A stretch of DNA of 43,246 bases from Chitinophagales bacterium (GTDB lineage: Bacteria; Bacteroidota; Bacteroidia; Chitinophagales; BACL12): positions 1-43,246 of the forward strand of contig JBBRGZ010000001.1 of the NCBI GenBank assembly GCA_038223395.1. Direction: 5' to 3'. The translations under genes were made by a program, and so were the position numbers. Within the stretch, counting starts at the first letter, position 1. The number at the start of each line of letters is the position of its first letter. This document shows positions 1 to 7,654 of this stretch, piece after piece. The notes beneath the pieces are model-generated. The model was not told the origin of the DNA, did no database searches, and was given only the letters and a program-made list of their open reading frames with translations.

Positions 1-456
1 ATAAAGGTCGACAGAAAGTAATGCGTGATATTTTTTAACATAATCAACCATTCCGGTTAGGTCAGTAGCAAATTGCTGATAGATAAAAAATTTGCTGCTC
101 ACATTAAAGTCACTGCTTTTGCCGTATCCGCGGTAATCATACATAAATACATGAAATCCCAAGCCCAAAAATTTTCCGGCTTGTTCTAATCCGTTTGCCA
201 TATTTACGTCACCGTCGTGACTAATAATTACAGCTTTTTTAGAGGATTTATCACTTTTATCGCCCGGATAGAGGTGCCAGCCATAAAGTAAAGCGCCATC
301 ATCAGTAGGTATGCGAATTGTGTCAAAAACAAGACCGTAATCTGCTGGCGTAACATCGTAGGTGCGACTTGGGTTTAAGCCAAGTTTTTGCTGACCATTA
401 ACTAGGGTAGTAAGGAGTATTAGTACCGGTAAAAAAAGCTTTTTAAGCAACTTCAT
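1..456 (-). CDS. alpha/beta hydrolase, N-terminal part (3' end lies beyond the window start)
   Basis: My hand translation of the minus strand from the ATG at 456-454 gives MKLLKKLFLPVLILLTTLVNGQQ (signal-like), then ...AVIISHDGDVNMANGLEQAGKFLGLGFHVFMYDYRGYGKS. The open frame runs to position 1. This ORF is absent from the supplied track because it is truncated. Confidence 0.7.
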   Translation of the reverse strand, partial: MKLLKKLFLPVLILLTTLVNGQQKLGLNPSRTYDVTPADYGLVFDTIRIPTDDGALLYGWHLYPGDKSDKSSKKAVIISHDGDVNMANGLEQAGKFLGLGFHVFMYDYRGYGKSSDFNVSSKFFIYQQFATDLTGMVDYVKKYHALLSVDLY

Positions 457-702
457 AATTTTTAAATAGGTTTTTTGATTTTTATTAATTGAATATTGAC
501 CTGATTTTCAAAATTCGTGCCTGTAAAAATAAATAGCGAATTTTTATTTTCCCTTTTAAATTCCTGATTGTGGATAATTTCCGAATAAAAGTGGAAAGCA
601 AACAGGCAAAAGGGCTTTCATTTGTAATCTGATTGGAGGGAAATGCAAAAACATTCTGCAGTAGCTAAATCAGCAATTACTTTTACAAATAATAATACAT
701 AA

Positions 703-1362
703 GTGACTCAGAAATTTGATAGTTATAGGCATAAGGGCATGCGCCAAGGATTAACAGATACTTTGCGATTGAAGGGTATAAGTGATGAACGCGTTTTAGG
801 GGCAATAAATGCAATACCCCGCCATAGTTTTATGGATGCCGCCTTTTTGGAGCATTCTTATGAGGATAAGGCCTTTCAAATTGGTGAAGGGCAAACCATT
901 AGTCAACCCTATACTGTAGCGTATATGACCGAATGGCTTGAATTAGAAGCAGGAATGCAGGTGCTTGAAATAGGCACAGGAAGCGGCTATCAGGCCTGTG
1001 TTTTGGCAGAAATGGGTGTAAAAGTGTATTCTATAGAACGTATTAAAAAATTGCACGAATCTGCAAAGCAGCATATTAGTTTATTGGGTTACAGCAAATC
1101 GATTTTATTATTTTTTGGGGATGGATATGCGGGAATTCCTGAAAAGGCGCCCTTCGACAGAATAATTATTACTGCAGCGGCAAAGGAAATTCCTCAAGCA
1201 TTGCTCAAGCAGCTGAAGGTGGGTGGCATATTTGTATTGCCGCTTGGCAAAGATGATGACCAGCTTATGATAAAAATGACCAAAACGGGCGAAAATGATT
1301 ATAGGAAGGAAATGGGGGATAATTTTCGTTTTGTGCCCATGTTGCCGGGCCAAGTTCTCTGA
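703..1362 (+). CDS. pcm: protein-L-isoaspartate O-methyltransferase
   Basis: It has the SAM-binding motif VLEIGTGSGYQ and the TISQPYTVAYM motif. The conserved DSYRHKG lies upstream of the first ATG, so the GTG start at 703 is plausible. Confidence 0.9.
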   Translation: MTQKFDSYRHKGMRQGLTDTLRLKGISDERVLGAINAIPRHSFMDAAFLEHSYEDKAFQIGEGQTISQPYTVAYMTEWLELEAGMQVLEIGTGSGYQACVLAEMGVKVYSIERIKKLHESAKQHISLLGYSKSILLFFGDGYAGIPEKAPFDRIIITAAAKEIPQALLKQLKVGGIFVLPLGKDDDQLMIKMTKTGENDYRKEMGDNFRFVPMLPGQVL

Positions 1363-1524
1363 TTTGCTTTGCAATAATTTTCTTTTGATTAGATGTGTTA
1401 CAAAACATCTATCAACTGTATATCAAAGCCTACTAATTGCATAAGAGCGTTGAAAAACAGTTCAATTATAGAAAAAATAAATACGGAAACTGCCTAATTT
1501 TGCCCCGAAACAAAACAAATTTAT

Positions 1525-2337
1525 ATGAAAAAAGTATTTTTAATAATGGCATTTACCATTATAACTATGAGTGCATTTGCTCAAAATTTACCTAAAGCTG
1601 GGTATTCAGGATTAGGCTTTAGCATTACAGGGCTTTCGAATGTTATTTTTAGCAATTTTGGATCTACTGCAATATCAGGCGCTGTTATTCAAGATCCGTT
1701 AGGTGTTCTTGGTGGATATCCGGTTACACTTGATAATTTAATACCACAAAGCACTATTATGTATAAACGTTATTATGAAAATGGTTTAGCTAGTCGTTTT
1801 TCTATTGGTGTTAATAGTTTATCCTCAACCACATTTGCAGGGGATTCTACTGGAATCGTATTGGAATATGCTGAATCTGAGCAGAAGATTAGTGGATTTT
1901 CATTCGGTTTAGGTGCTGGTTTAGAAAAGCATATTGAAACAACCGCTTCAAAGGTTGACCCATTTTTGGGCGCAGAAGTAATGTTTGCGATGCTTTCAGG
2001 CGTTAAATCTACTACTACAGTAGATGTAAATTCCGAAAACAGCACTTCAAATTATATAAATGATGTTGTTTATCCGGGAGGAATTGGATTTTCTTTAAAT
2101 TTATTGGGAGGCTTTAATTATTTCTTTAGTGATAATATTTCTATAGGTGGCGAGGTAGGACTTGGTTTTGATATGATGAATTCTGGGGGTGAATGGACTT
2201 CGGATGCAGAATATAATTATACTTCAGGCGGCACTACAACAACTACATTAAGCTCATCAAGAGGCGAATACCACAATAACACAAGTGGATTTAATGTAAA
2301 TAGTTATGGTGGTGTTAACCTTATAGTTTACTGGTAA
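1525..2337 (+). CDS. putative outer-membrane beta-barrel protein
   Basis: It has a signal peptide (MKKVFLIMAFTIITMSAFAQ), alternating Gly/aromatic-rich segments and a C-terminal aromatic end (LIVYW). No specific family was recognised. Confidence 0.55.
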   Translation: MKKVFLIMAFTIITMSAFAQNLPKAGYSGLGFSITGLSNVIFSNFGSTAISGAVIQDPLGVLGGYPVTLDNLIPQSTIMYKRYYENGLASRFSIGVNSLSSTTFAGDSTGIVLEYAESEQKISGFSFGLGAGLEKHIETTASKVDPFLGAEVMFAMLSGVKSTTTVDVNSENSTSNYINDVVYPGGIGFSLNLLGGFNYFFSDNISIGGEVGLGFDMMNSGGEWTSDAEYNYTSGGTTTTTLSSSRGEYHNNTSGFNVNSYGGVNLIVYW

Positions 2338-2357
2338 AATTTGCTTACTTAAAATAT

Positions 2358-2386
2358 AAATCCCGGCAATTGTCGGGATTTTTTTA
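2358..2386 (+). terminator. rho-independent terminator
   Basis: The hairpin AAATCCCG-gcaattgt-CGGGATTT is followed by a T-run, immediately after the stop at 2337. Confidence 0.6.
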
Positions 2387-2505
2387 TTTACTGCAACTAT
2401 TTACACATCTTTTCAATCTTTGTAGCTGTTATTAATTACCTTTGCGCCTGTTTAATCAAAAACATAAAATTTGGCCTAGGATAGGCAGAATTACAACAAA
2501 CGAAT

Positions 2506-3084
2506 ATGAAAAAAATAGTATCATTTACAAAAATTGCTTTAATAGCCGCAGCGGTTATTACATTTTCAGGATGCAAAAAAGGCGAAAATGACCCTTTTTT
2601 AACTTTGCATACACGCGATGCACGCTTAACACAAGAATGGAATTTAGTGAGTTTTAACGGAACATCGGTTGAAACAATAGATGGTGCAGAAACGAATATT
2701 GAATATACCTACGATGGTACAAACCTCTATACTACAATTAATGGTGTTACAACTTCAGCTGCTTATACTTTTACAATGGATATTAAATCTAATGGTGAAG
2801 TTTTTTCTGACGAAAAATATAATGAAATTGTTGGTGGAGATCCTATTTCTCAAAGTTCAAAAACAAGCTTTTGGTATTGGGGTGATGATGACAAAAATAA
2901 GACTGCCGTTTATCTAGACCTTACCGGTTTATTTAATGGAATATTAGTTTATGATATACCGCGTCTTGCTTATAATGATATGACATTAGATGTAGCTTAC
3001 TCAGATAATTATACAACAGGCACATCTGCAAGCTCTTTAAATGTGAGCTATGAACTTACATTTGATGTAATTCTGCCTAAATAA
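2506..3084 (+). CDS. hypothetical lipoprotein
   Basis: It has a signal peptide with a lipobox-like FSGC|KK. No family was recognised. Confidence 0.6.
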   Translation: MKKIVSFTKIALIAAAVITFSGCKKGENDPFLTLHTRDARLTQEWNLVSFNGTSVETIDGAETNIEYTYDGTNLYTTINGVTTSAAYTFTMDIKSNGEVFSDEKYNEIVGGDPISQSSKTSFWYWGDDDKNKTAVYLDLTGLFNGILVYDIPRLAYNDMTLDVAYSDNYTTGTSASSLNVSYELTFDVILPK

Positions 3085-3102
3085 TATTAACCGAAAAAAA
3101 TT

Positions 3103-3146
3103 AAAGGAGATAAGTTGGATTAATATCCTCTTATTTCCTTTTTTTA
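3103..3146. terminator. bidirectional terminator between convergent genes
   Basis: AAAGGAGATAAG ... CTTATTTCCTTT forms a stem with one G-U pair and an inner GGAT/ATCC helix. An A-run lies on the left and a T-run on the right. It sits between the lipoprotein gene (+) and smpB (-). Confidence 0.55.
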
Positions 3147-3177
3147 TGCGAAATTTATTTTATGATTCTAGAATTTA

Positions 3178-3645
3178 TTATTTATACTTCAACATCGTTC
3201 TGTCGAGGTCGCGTTTTTGGTCTTTCTGTTTAATTGATTCTCTTTTATCGTAAACTTTTTTTCCTCGTGATAAAGCAATATCAATTTTTGCAAATCCTCT
3301 ATCTGTTAAAAAAATACGAAGAGGCACTATTGTATATCCACGTTCTTTAACCTTAGCCAAAAGTTTGTTGAGTTCCTTTCTATTTAGCAATAATTTGCGC
3401 AAACGCAAGGGTTCGTGCTGCCAGATTGTAGCTTGTTTGAATTCTGAAATGTTGAGGTTTTTAATCCAGAGTTCATCACCCTTAAAAAAACAAAAAGCGT
3501 CGCTTAAGGCAACCTTTCCATCGCGCACACTCTTAATTTCACTGCCGCGTAACATAAGTCCAGCTGTGTATCTGTCAATAATTTCAAACTCAAAGGTTGC
3601 CCTTTTATTGCTTATACTAACGTCGTTATATTTTGGTTTTGCCAA
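3178..3645 (-). CDS. smpB: SsrA-binding protein SmpB
   Basis: It is 155 aa with typical SmpB sequence (ATFEFEI..., GSEIKSVRDGKV, basic C-terminal tail). Confidence 0.95.
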   Translation of the reverse strand: MAKPKYNDVSISNKRATFEFEIIDRYTAGLMLRGSEIKSVRDGKVALSDAFCFFKGDELWIKNLNISEFKQATIWQHEPLRLRKLLLNRKELNKLLAKVKERGYTIVPLRIFLTDRGFAKIDIALSRGKKVYDKRESIKQKDQKRDLDRTMLKYK

Positions 3646-3668
3646 TTAAATTAAATTATTTTTTCTAT

Positions 3669-4061
3669 TTATTTTAAACGTTCAATAAGTGCATTCAGTT
3701 TCTCTTTTTTCAAAATCTTTTGCCCCGTTCTTCCGTCGGCAATAATTCTGTCGCCAATTTTTGCTGTAAAGGAACAAATAATTGAGTTACCTGACACCTC
3801 ATCTAAAACGGCATAAAAATCAACCTTACTTCCAACAAGTGCCGGTGAGTAATGATACACCTCGATAAATGTGCCTATTCCTTCTTCATCTGCTTCTTTC
3901 ATTTCAAGCACAAAAAGACGCGTGCTCCATTCGGCATCTTTTGTAAGAAAAAAGGTAGCATATAAAGGATGAACAACACCACTTTCAAAAGCAGCAATTT
4001 CAAATTCTTGAACTACTTTGCTATATACTTTAATGTCGCCGAGTTTAAATAGATTTATCAT
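3669..4061 (-). CDS. hotdog-fold thioesterase-like protein
   Basis: It is 130 aa. Size and sequence pattern resemble small acyl-CoA thioesterases of the FlK-like family. This assignment is from memory only. Confidence 0.45.
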   Translation of the reverse strand: MINLFKLGDIKVYSKVVQEFEIAAFESGVVHPLYATFFLTKDAEWSTRLFVLEMKEADEEGIGTFIEVYHYSPALVGSKVDFYAVLDEVSGNSIICSFTAKIGDRIIADGRTGQKILKKEKLNALIERLK

Positions 4062-4135
4062 ACGCGTTGCTAAGTTACGGATTATGATGGGAAGCTAATT
4101 TTATTGCAATCTTAAATCCAAAGAATAGAATTATA

Positions 4136-6043
4136 TTATTTCACTGCAAGTAATGGCATATTGATTCGATGCCGCACAACATTTATTGTTTCGCCAAAAA
4201 TAAAATCTTTTATGCTGTGGTGTCCATGCGCACCCATTACAAGTAAATCGGCCTGATATGCATTTACAATTTTAGGAATTGCTTTTGACGGCCGTCCGTA
4301 ACCTAGTTCTATTTTTATGGTATATCCTTTTTCTTGCAGTTGTTTGGCATACTTTTTCATAATACCGTAATCTTCATGCGTTTCTTGGTCCACTATTTCC
4401 TTTCCGAAGGCAATTGCGCCTGCACTTTCTACTATGTGAATTAATAAATATTCTGCATCTCTTCCTCCTGCTGCAATTGCATGTTCAAGAGAAACACTGT
4501 CTTTCGACGAATAATCGAGAGTTATTGCAATCTTTTTAAACTCTTCTTTTGCACCAAGATTCAAATCAATTTTCACATCGTGCAATGGCGCCGGTTGATA
4601 TTCTGTTTTTGAAAAGAACGGTTTAAATGATATATATATTAATAACCCTAACCCGTACAAAGCAATTGGAATTACAAATACCCAAACCCACCAAGTTGTT
4701 TCATGTTGTAATAAATCTTTAATTGTTTCGTAAACAAGTTTAATATTCAATCCAACAATAATAATTGCAGTTAACCATGACAAAATTTTAATAAATGGTT
4801 TAATTGCAAATTCTCCCATTTTCTTTTTATCGCTTACAAAATGAATAAGCGGAATAATAGCAAACCCTAATTGCATACTTAATATTACTTGCGATAAAAT
4901 CAATAAATCGCCTGTTTTTTCTTCGCCATAAAAATAGATTACCAAAAACGCCGGAACTACCGCAAGCAAACGTGTAATTAATCTGCGCAACCATGGTGTA
5001 ATACGCAGATTTAAATATCCTTCCATAATAATTTGCCCTGCAAGCGTTCCTGTAATTGTTGAACTCTGTCCTGATGCGATTAAAGCAACCGCAAATAATA
5101 TAGGTGCAAGATGTGTTCCCAACAAGGGTTCCAACAAACGATGTGCATCTTGAATTTCTGCAATATCTGTTAAGCCATTTCTAAAAAATACTGAGGCGGC
5201 TAAAATTAAAATGGATGCGTTTACAAAAAATGCAAGGTTTAATGCAATAACACTATCGAGAATATTAAATCGAATTGCGCGTTTTTTTCCTTTTAAAGTA
5301 GGCTCAAATTTTCTTGTTTGCACTAATGCACTATGTAAATATAAATTGTGTGGCATTACAGTTGCACCAATAATACCAATTGCTAAATACAGCGCAGTAT
5401 CATTTGGTAACGACGGAATAAATCCTTGCATCATTGAAGGAATATCCGGCTTCGCTAAAAATATTTCTACAAAAAATGAAGCCCCCATAATAAATACCAT
5501 GGAAATAATAAATGCCTCCATTTTTCTAATTCCCAAATTGAGAATTAATAGCAATAAAATACAATCGAGTACTGCAATACTTACTCCAGTTAAAAGTGGC
5601 ATGCCGAATAATAAGTTTAATCCGATTGCAAGTCCTAACACCTCTGCTAAATCGCAAGCAGCAATTGCAATTTCTGCAAAAAGATATAAGGGTATATTAA
5701 TAATTGGAGGATACGATTCTTTGCTTGCCTGAGCTAAATCTCTTCCACGCGCAATACCTAAACGCACACAGTGACTTTGCAATAAAATCGCCATGAGGTT
5801 GCTCATTAAAAGCACCCAAATCAATTGATATCCAAACGAACTTCCAGCAGCGAGGTCGGTAGCCCAGTTACCCGGGTCCATATAGCCCACGCTCACCATA
5901 TACGCCGGACCTAAGAATGCGAGGAGTTTGCGCCATTTTCCAACTTTTAGGGTGGTATCTACAGAGGCATTCACTTCATCCAACGATTTGCCGCTGCTTC
6001 TACCTGATAGTGATTTACCTCCACCCATATTAAAAAACCCCAT
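4136..6043 (-). CDS. mntH: NRAMP-family divalent metal (Mn2+/Fe2+) transporter fused to a C-terminal universal stress protein domain
   Basis: It has the NRAMP signature GPAYMVSVGYMDPGNWATDLAAGS and about 11 hydrophobic segments. The C-terminal ~140 aa ends in LLVMGAHGHHSIKDFIFGETINVVRH, which is a UspA-type motif. Confidence 0.9.
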   Translation of the reverse strand: MGFFNMGGGKSLSGRSSGKSLDEVNASVDTTLKVGKWRKLLAFLGPAYMVSVGYMDPGNWATDLAAGSSFGYQLIWVLLMSNLMAILLQSHCVRLGIARGRDLAQASKESYPPIINIPLYLFAEIAIAACDLAEVLGLAIGLNLLFGMPLLTGVSIAVLDCILLLLILNLGIRKMEAFIISMVFIMGASFFVEIFLAKPDIPSMMQGFIPSLPNDTALYLAIGIIGATVMPHNLYLHSALVQTRKFEPTLKGKKRAIRFNILDSVIALNLAFFVNASILILAASVFFRNGLTDIAEIQDAHRLLEPLLGTHLAPILFAVALIASGQSSTITGTLAGQIIMEGYLNLRITPWLRRLITRLLAVVPAFLVIYFYGEEKTGDLLILSQVILSMQLGFAIIPLIHFVSDKKKMGEFAIKPFIKILSWLTAIIIVGLNIKLVYETIKDLLQHETTWWVWVFVIPIALYGLGLLIYISFKPFFSKTEYQPAPLHDVKIDLNLGAKEEFKKIAITLDYSSKDSVSLEHAIAAGGRDAEYLLIHIVESAGAIAFGKEIVDQETHEDYGIMKKYAKQLQEKGYTIKIELGYGRPSKAIPKIVNAYQADLLVMGAHGHHSIKDFIFGETINVVRHRINMPLLAVK

Positions 6044-6059
6044 AACTCCAATTTTGTGG

Positions 6060-6067
6060 CAAATATA
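6060..6067 (-). promoter_or_regulatory. candidate Bacteroidota -7 promoter box (TATATTTG) for mntH
   Basis: The minus strand reads TATATTTG, matching the TAnnTTTG consensus, 17-24 nt upstream of the mntH ATG. Confidence 0.45.
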
Positions 6068-6072
6068 AACTA

Positions 6073-6094
6073 ATTTTTAGACTTGTCTAAAAAT
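6073..6094. promoter_or_regulatory. perfect 10-2-10 palindrome, candidate MntR/DtxR-family operator
   Basis: ATTTTTAGAC-TT-GTCTAAAAAT lies directly upstream of the -7 box and overlaps the expected -33 region of the mntH promoter. Confidence 0.5.
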
Positions 6095-6228
6095 AGAGCG
6101 TTGGCGTGAGGGGAGGAGGATTTGGTGAGTGGTGAATGGTCAGTGTGGAGTAAATTCGAATTAAAATGTTTGCCTTATGGTAATAAAAAGAACCGCAATA
6201 TTTAATCTAACTCTAGCCCACTTATTTT

Positions 6229-6249
6229 GGTGAGTGGTGAGTGGTGAGT
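6229..6249. repeat. (GGTGAGT)x3 heptanucleotide array
   Basis: There are three perfect heptads. A shorter version (GGTGAGT GGTGAAT) is at 6124-6137. Confidence 0.9.
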
Positions 6250-6346
6250 TAGATTTGGGGAGGGAGAGAAATTTGGAATTAAAATGTTTGACCTATAGTA
6301 ATAAAAAGAACCGCAATATTTAATCTAACTCTAGCCCACTCATTTT

Positions 6347-6374
6347 GGTGAGTGGTGAGTGGTGAGTGGTGAGG
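6347..6374. repeat. (GGTGAGT)x3 plus GGTGAGG heptanucleotide array
   Basis: This array has one more heptad than the previous spacer, which accounts for the longer period of the third unit. Confidence 0.9.
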
Positions 6375-6465
6375 GAGATTTGGAAAGGGAAAGAAATTTC
6401 GGATTAAAATGTTTGACAAATAGTAATATAAAGAACTGCAATATTTAATCCTGCTGTCAAGCCTA

Positions 6466-6493
6466 CTCATTGCTCATTACTCATTTCTCATTC
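6466..6493. repeat. (CTCATTN)x4 heptanucleotide array
   Basis: The sequence is CTCATTG CTCATTA CTCATTT CTCATTC. An inverted partial copy (minus strand CTCATTACTCATCAC) is at 6526-6540. Confidence 0.85.
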
Positions 6494-6571
6494 TCCGAAA
6501 TTAATCATGTGAAATCGATCAATCAGTGATGAGTAATGAGTTTTCATTCGGAGTGGAATTATAATTTCCTA

Positions 6572-6780
6572 TTCTCAGCAGGGTTCAAACTTGCCATATA
6601 AATCAATTAAATCAAGTTTAACCCTGCGTTGTGCAGCGCTTCAAATCAAGACTGATATCATAAGGCAACTTATATTTTGAAAGTAAGATTGGAATCACAT
6701 TATTTGCTTCGGTTTCATAACGCATACGCAGGGTTAACCGGGCTTGCTTATTTTTTTGGTCGGCTGAACCCTGCTGAGAA
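6572..6780. other. 209 bp element bounded by perfect 16 bp inverted repeats (MITE or structured-RNA candidate)
   Basis: TTCTCAGCAGGGTTCA (6572-6587) pairs with TGAACCCTGCTGAGAA (6765-6780). A nested perfect 12 bp pair is TTAACCCTGCGT (6618-6629) with ACGCAGGGTTAA (6726-6737). All four arms share GCAGGGTT[C/A]A. Confidence 0.6.
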
Positions 6781-6833
6781 ATTCAAAAATCAAATATCCG
6801 TGTCATAATCAAAGTTCTTTGCTTAATCAAAAA

Positions 6834-6865
6834 CCCCTGCCCCCTGCCCATTCACCATTCCCCCC
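6834..6865. repeat. C-rich heptad array (CCCCTGC)x2 (CCATTCN)x2, abutting the regulator stop codon
   Basis: The minus strand reads GGGGGGAATGGTGAATGGGCAGGGGGCAGGGG. This resembles GGTGAATGG at 6131-6139 in inverted orientation and contains four G-runs. Confidence 0.75.
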
Positions 6866-7536
6866 TACTTTACCTTCCTCACCAATAAATTAGAAGCAAC
6901 TTTTTGAGATACAACCAGCTCAGTTTTGTTGTTGATGATGATGATTTTGCTTTGGTCGTAGTCTTCATCATCCTTAACCTTTATTTTGGTGTGAATTATC
7001 AAATCTATTTTGTGCAGATATTGTAAAAATTGTGTAGAGTGATCTATTACTCCAGCTATAATTCCAACATCGCCCTTGCGCATTTTATCGAGGGTAACGT
7101 CTTCATGATATGCAATATTTCCATCCTTGTCGGGAATAGGATCGCCGTGCGGATCAAACTTCGGATTACCTAAAAAATTATCAATACGGTCAGTCAAAAT
7201 TTCTGAATTAATGTGCTCCAATTCTTCTGCTAATTCGTCTACTTCATCCCACGAAAACTTTAAAGTATCAACTAAAAAAGTTTCCCATAATCGGTGTTTG
7301 CGAATTAAATCTTTTGCAAGTTTTTTTCCTTTATCCGTTAATGAAACACCGTAATATTTTTCGTAATGTATCAGCCTTTTCACCGCAAGTTTTTTTAACA
7401 TGTCGGTTACCGAGGCAGCTGTAGTTAATAATTTTTCAGAAATTGCATTTGTAGTTACATTCTCTTTCTGCATCTCCGATAATTTGAAGATAGCCTTGAG
7501 GTAATTTTCTTCTGTATGCGAAATCTGTTGCTTCAA
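6865..7536 (-). CDS. mntR: DtxR/MntR-family metal-dependent transcriptional regulator with C-terminal FeoA/SH3-like domain
   Basis: It has an N-terminal wHTH (EENYLKAIFKLSE..., SVTDMLKKL), a dimerisation/metal region (RKHRLWETFL, ELEH) and a C-terminal GDVGIIAGV segment. It sits next to mntH. Confidence 0.85.
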   Translation of the reverse strand: MKQQISHTEENYLKAIFKLSEMQKENVTTNAISEKLLTTAASVTDMLKKLAVKRLIHYEKYYGVSLTDKGKKLAKDLIRKHRLWETFLVDTLKFSWDEVDELAEELEHINSEILTDRIDNFLGNPKFDPHGDPIPDKDGNIAYHEDVTLDKMRKGDVGIIAGVIDHSTQFLQYLHKIDLIIHTKIKVKDDEDYDQSKIIIINNKTELVVSQKVASNLLVRKVK

Positions 7537-7654
7537 TGTGCTATTATTTGCAAGACGCTAAGGTAATCAAACAAATTTAGTGATTACCGCATGCAGATAA
7601 ATCAAATCATCGCATTGCGCATGCAACGCTGAATTACATCCCAATAAAATACTT

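Larger units (their letters stand above)
6158..6466. repeat. three tandem copies of a ~64 bp core separated by G-rich/heptad spacers (periods 118 and ~126 bp)
   Basis: The cores are at 6158-6221, 6276-6339 and ~6402-6466. By hand alignment, copies 1 and 2 are identical at 61 of 64 positions. Copy 3 is degenerate at its 3' end. Confidence 0.85.

Noticed and set aside
3085-3177. Looked for tmRNA (ssrA) next to smpB
   Set aside because: The flanking gaps are short and contain only a terminator hairpin. There are no tRNA-like acceptor/T-arm sequences (GGTTCGA..., CCA end).
5211-5732. 173 aa plus-strand ORF antisense to mntH. The same applies to the other antisense track ORFs at 1108-1374, 1773-2045, 2681-2917, 3365-3649, 7127-7354, 7902-8147, 8359-8661, 8702-8899, 8985-9188, 9892-10074, 13627-13818, 13840-14133, 15842-16039, 16285-16527, 17798-18007, 18349-18765, 19591-19776, 20218-20454, 20727-20909, 25411-25722, 27122-27316, 29444-29653, 29592-29789, 30419-30670, 31145-31483, 31573-31824, 32102-32290, 32300-32590, 33498-33707, 34436-34621, 36580-36771, 40111-40332, 41433-41696 and 42182-42400.
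   Set aside because: These are shadow ORFs embedded in or opposite to confidently assigned genes. They have low-complexity or hydrophobic junk composition typical of the antisense frames of AT-rich genes.
6044-6120. yybP-ykoY type Mn riboswitch in the mntH leader
   Set aside because: The predicted leader is only ~10-15 nt if the TATATTTG box is the promoter. That riboswitch class controls exporters rather than NRAMP importers. I saw none of the conserved four-way-junction sequence.
6158-6466. Possibility that the three ~64 bp repeats are a CRISPR array
   Set aside because: The intervening spacers are themselves related to one another (GGTGAGT heptads plus a purine-rich stretch). The repeats are too long and there are only three of them. 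No cas genes are present in the window.
6279-6470. 63 aa minus-strand ORF from the track, lying inside the tandem repeats
   Set aside because: It is made entirely of repeat-unit and heptad sequence (…HHSPLTTHQNEW…) and has a low-complexity composition. There is no start context and the frame is not conserved between repeat copies, so it is almost certainly non-coding.
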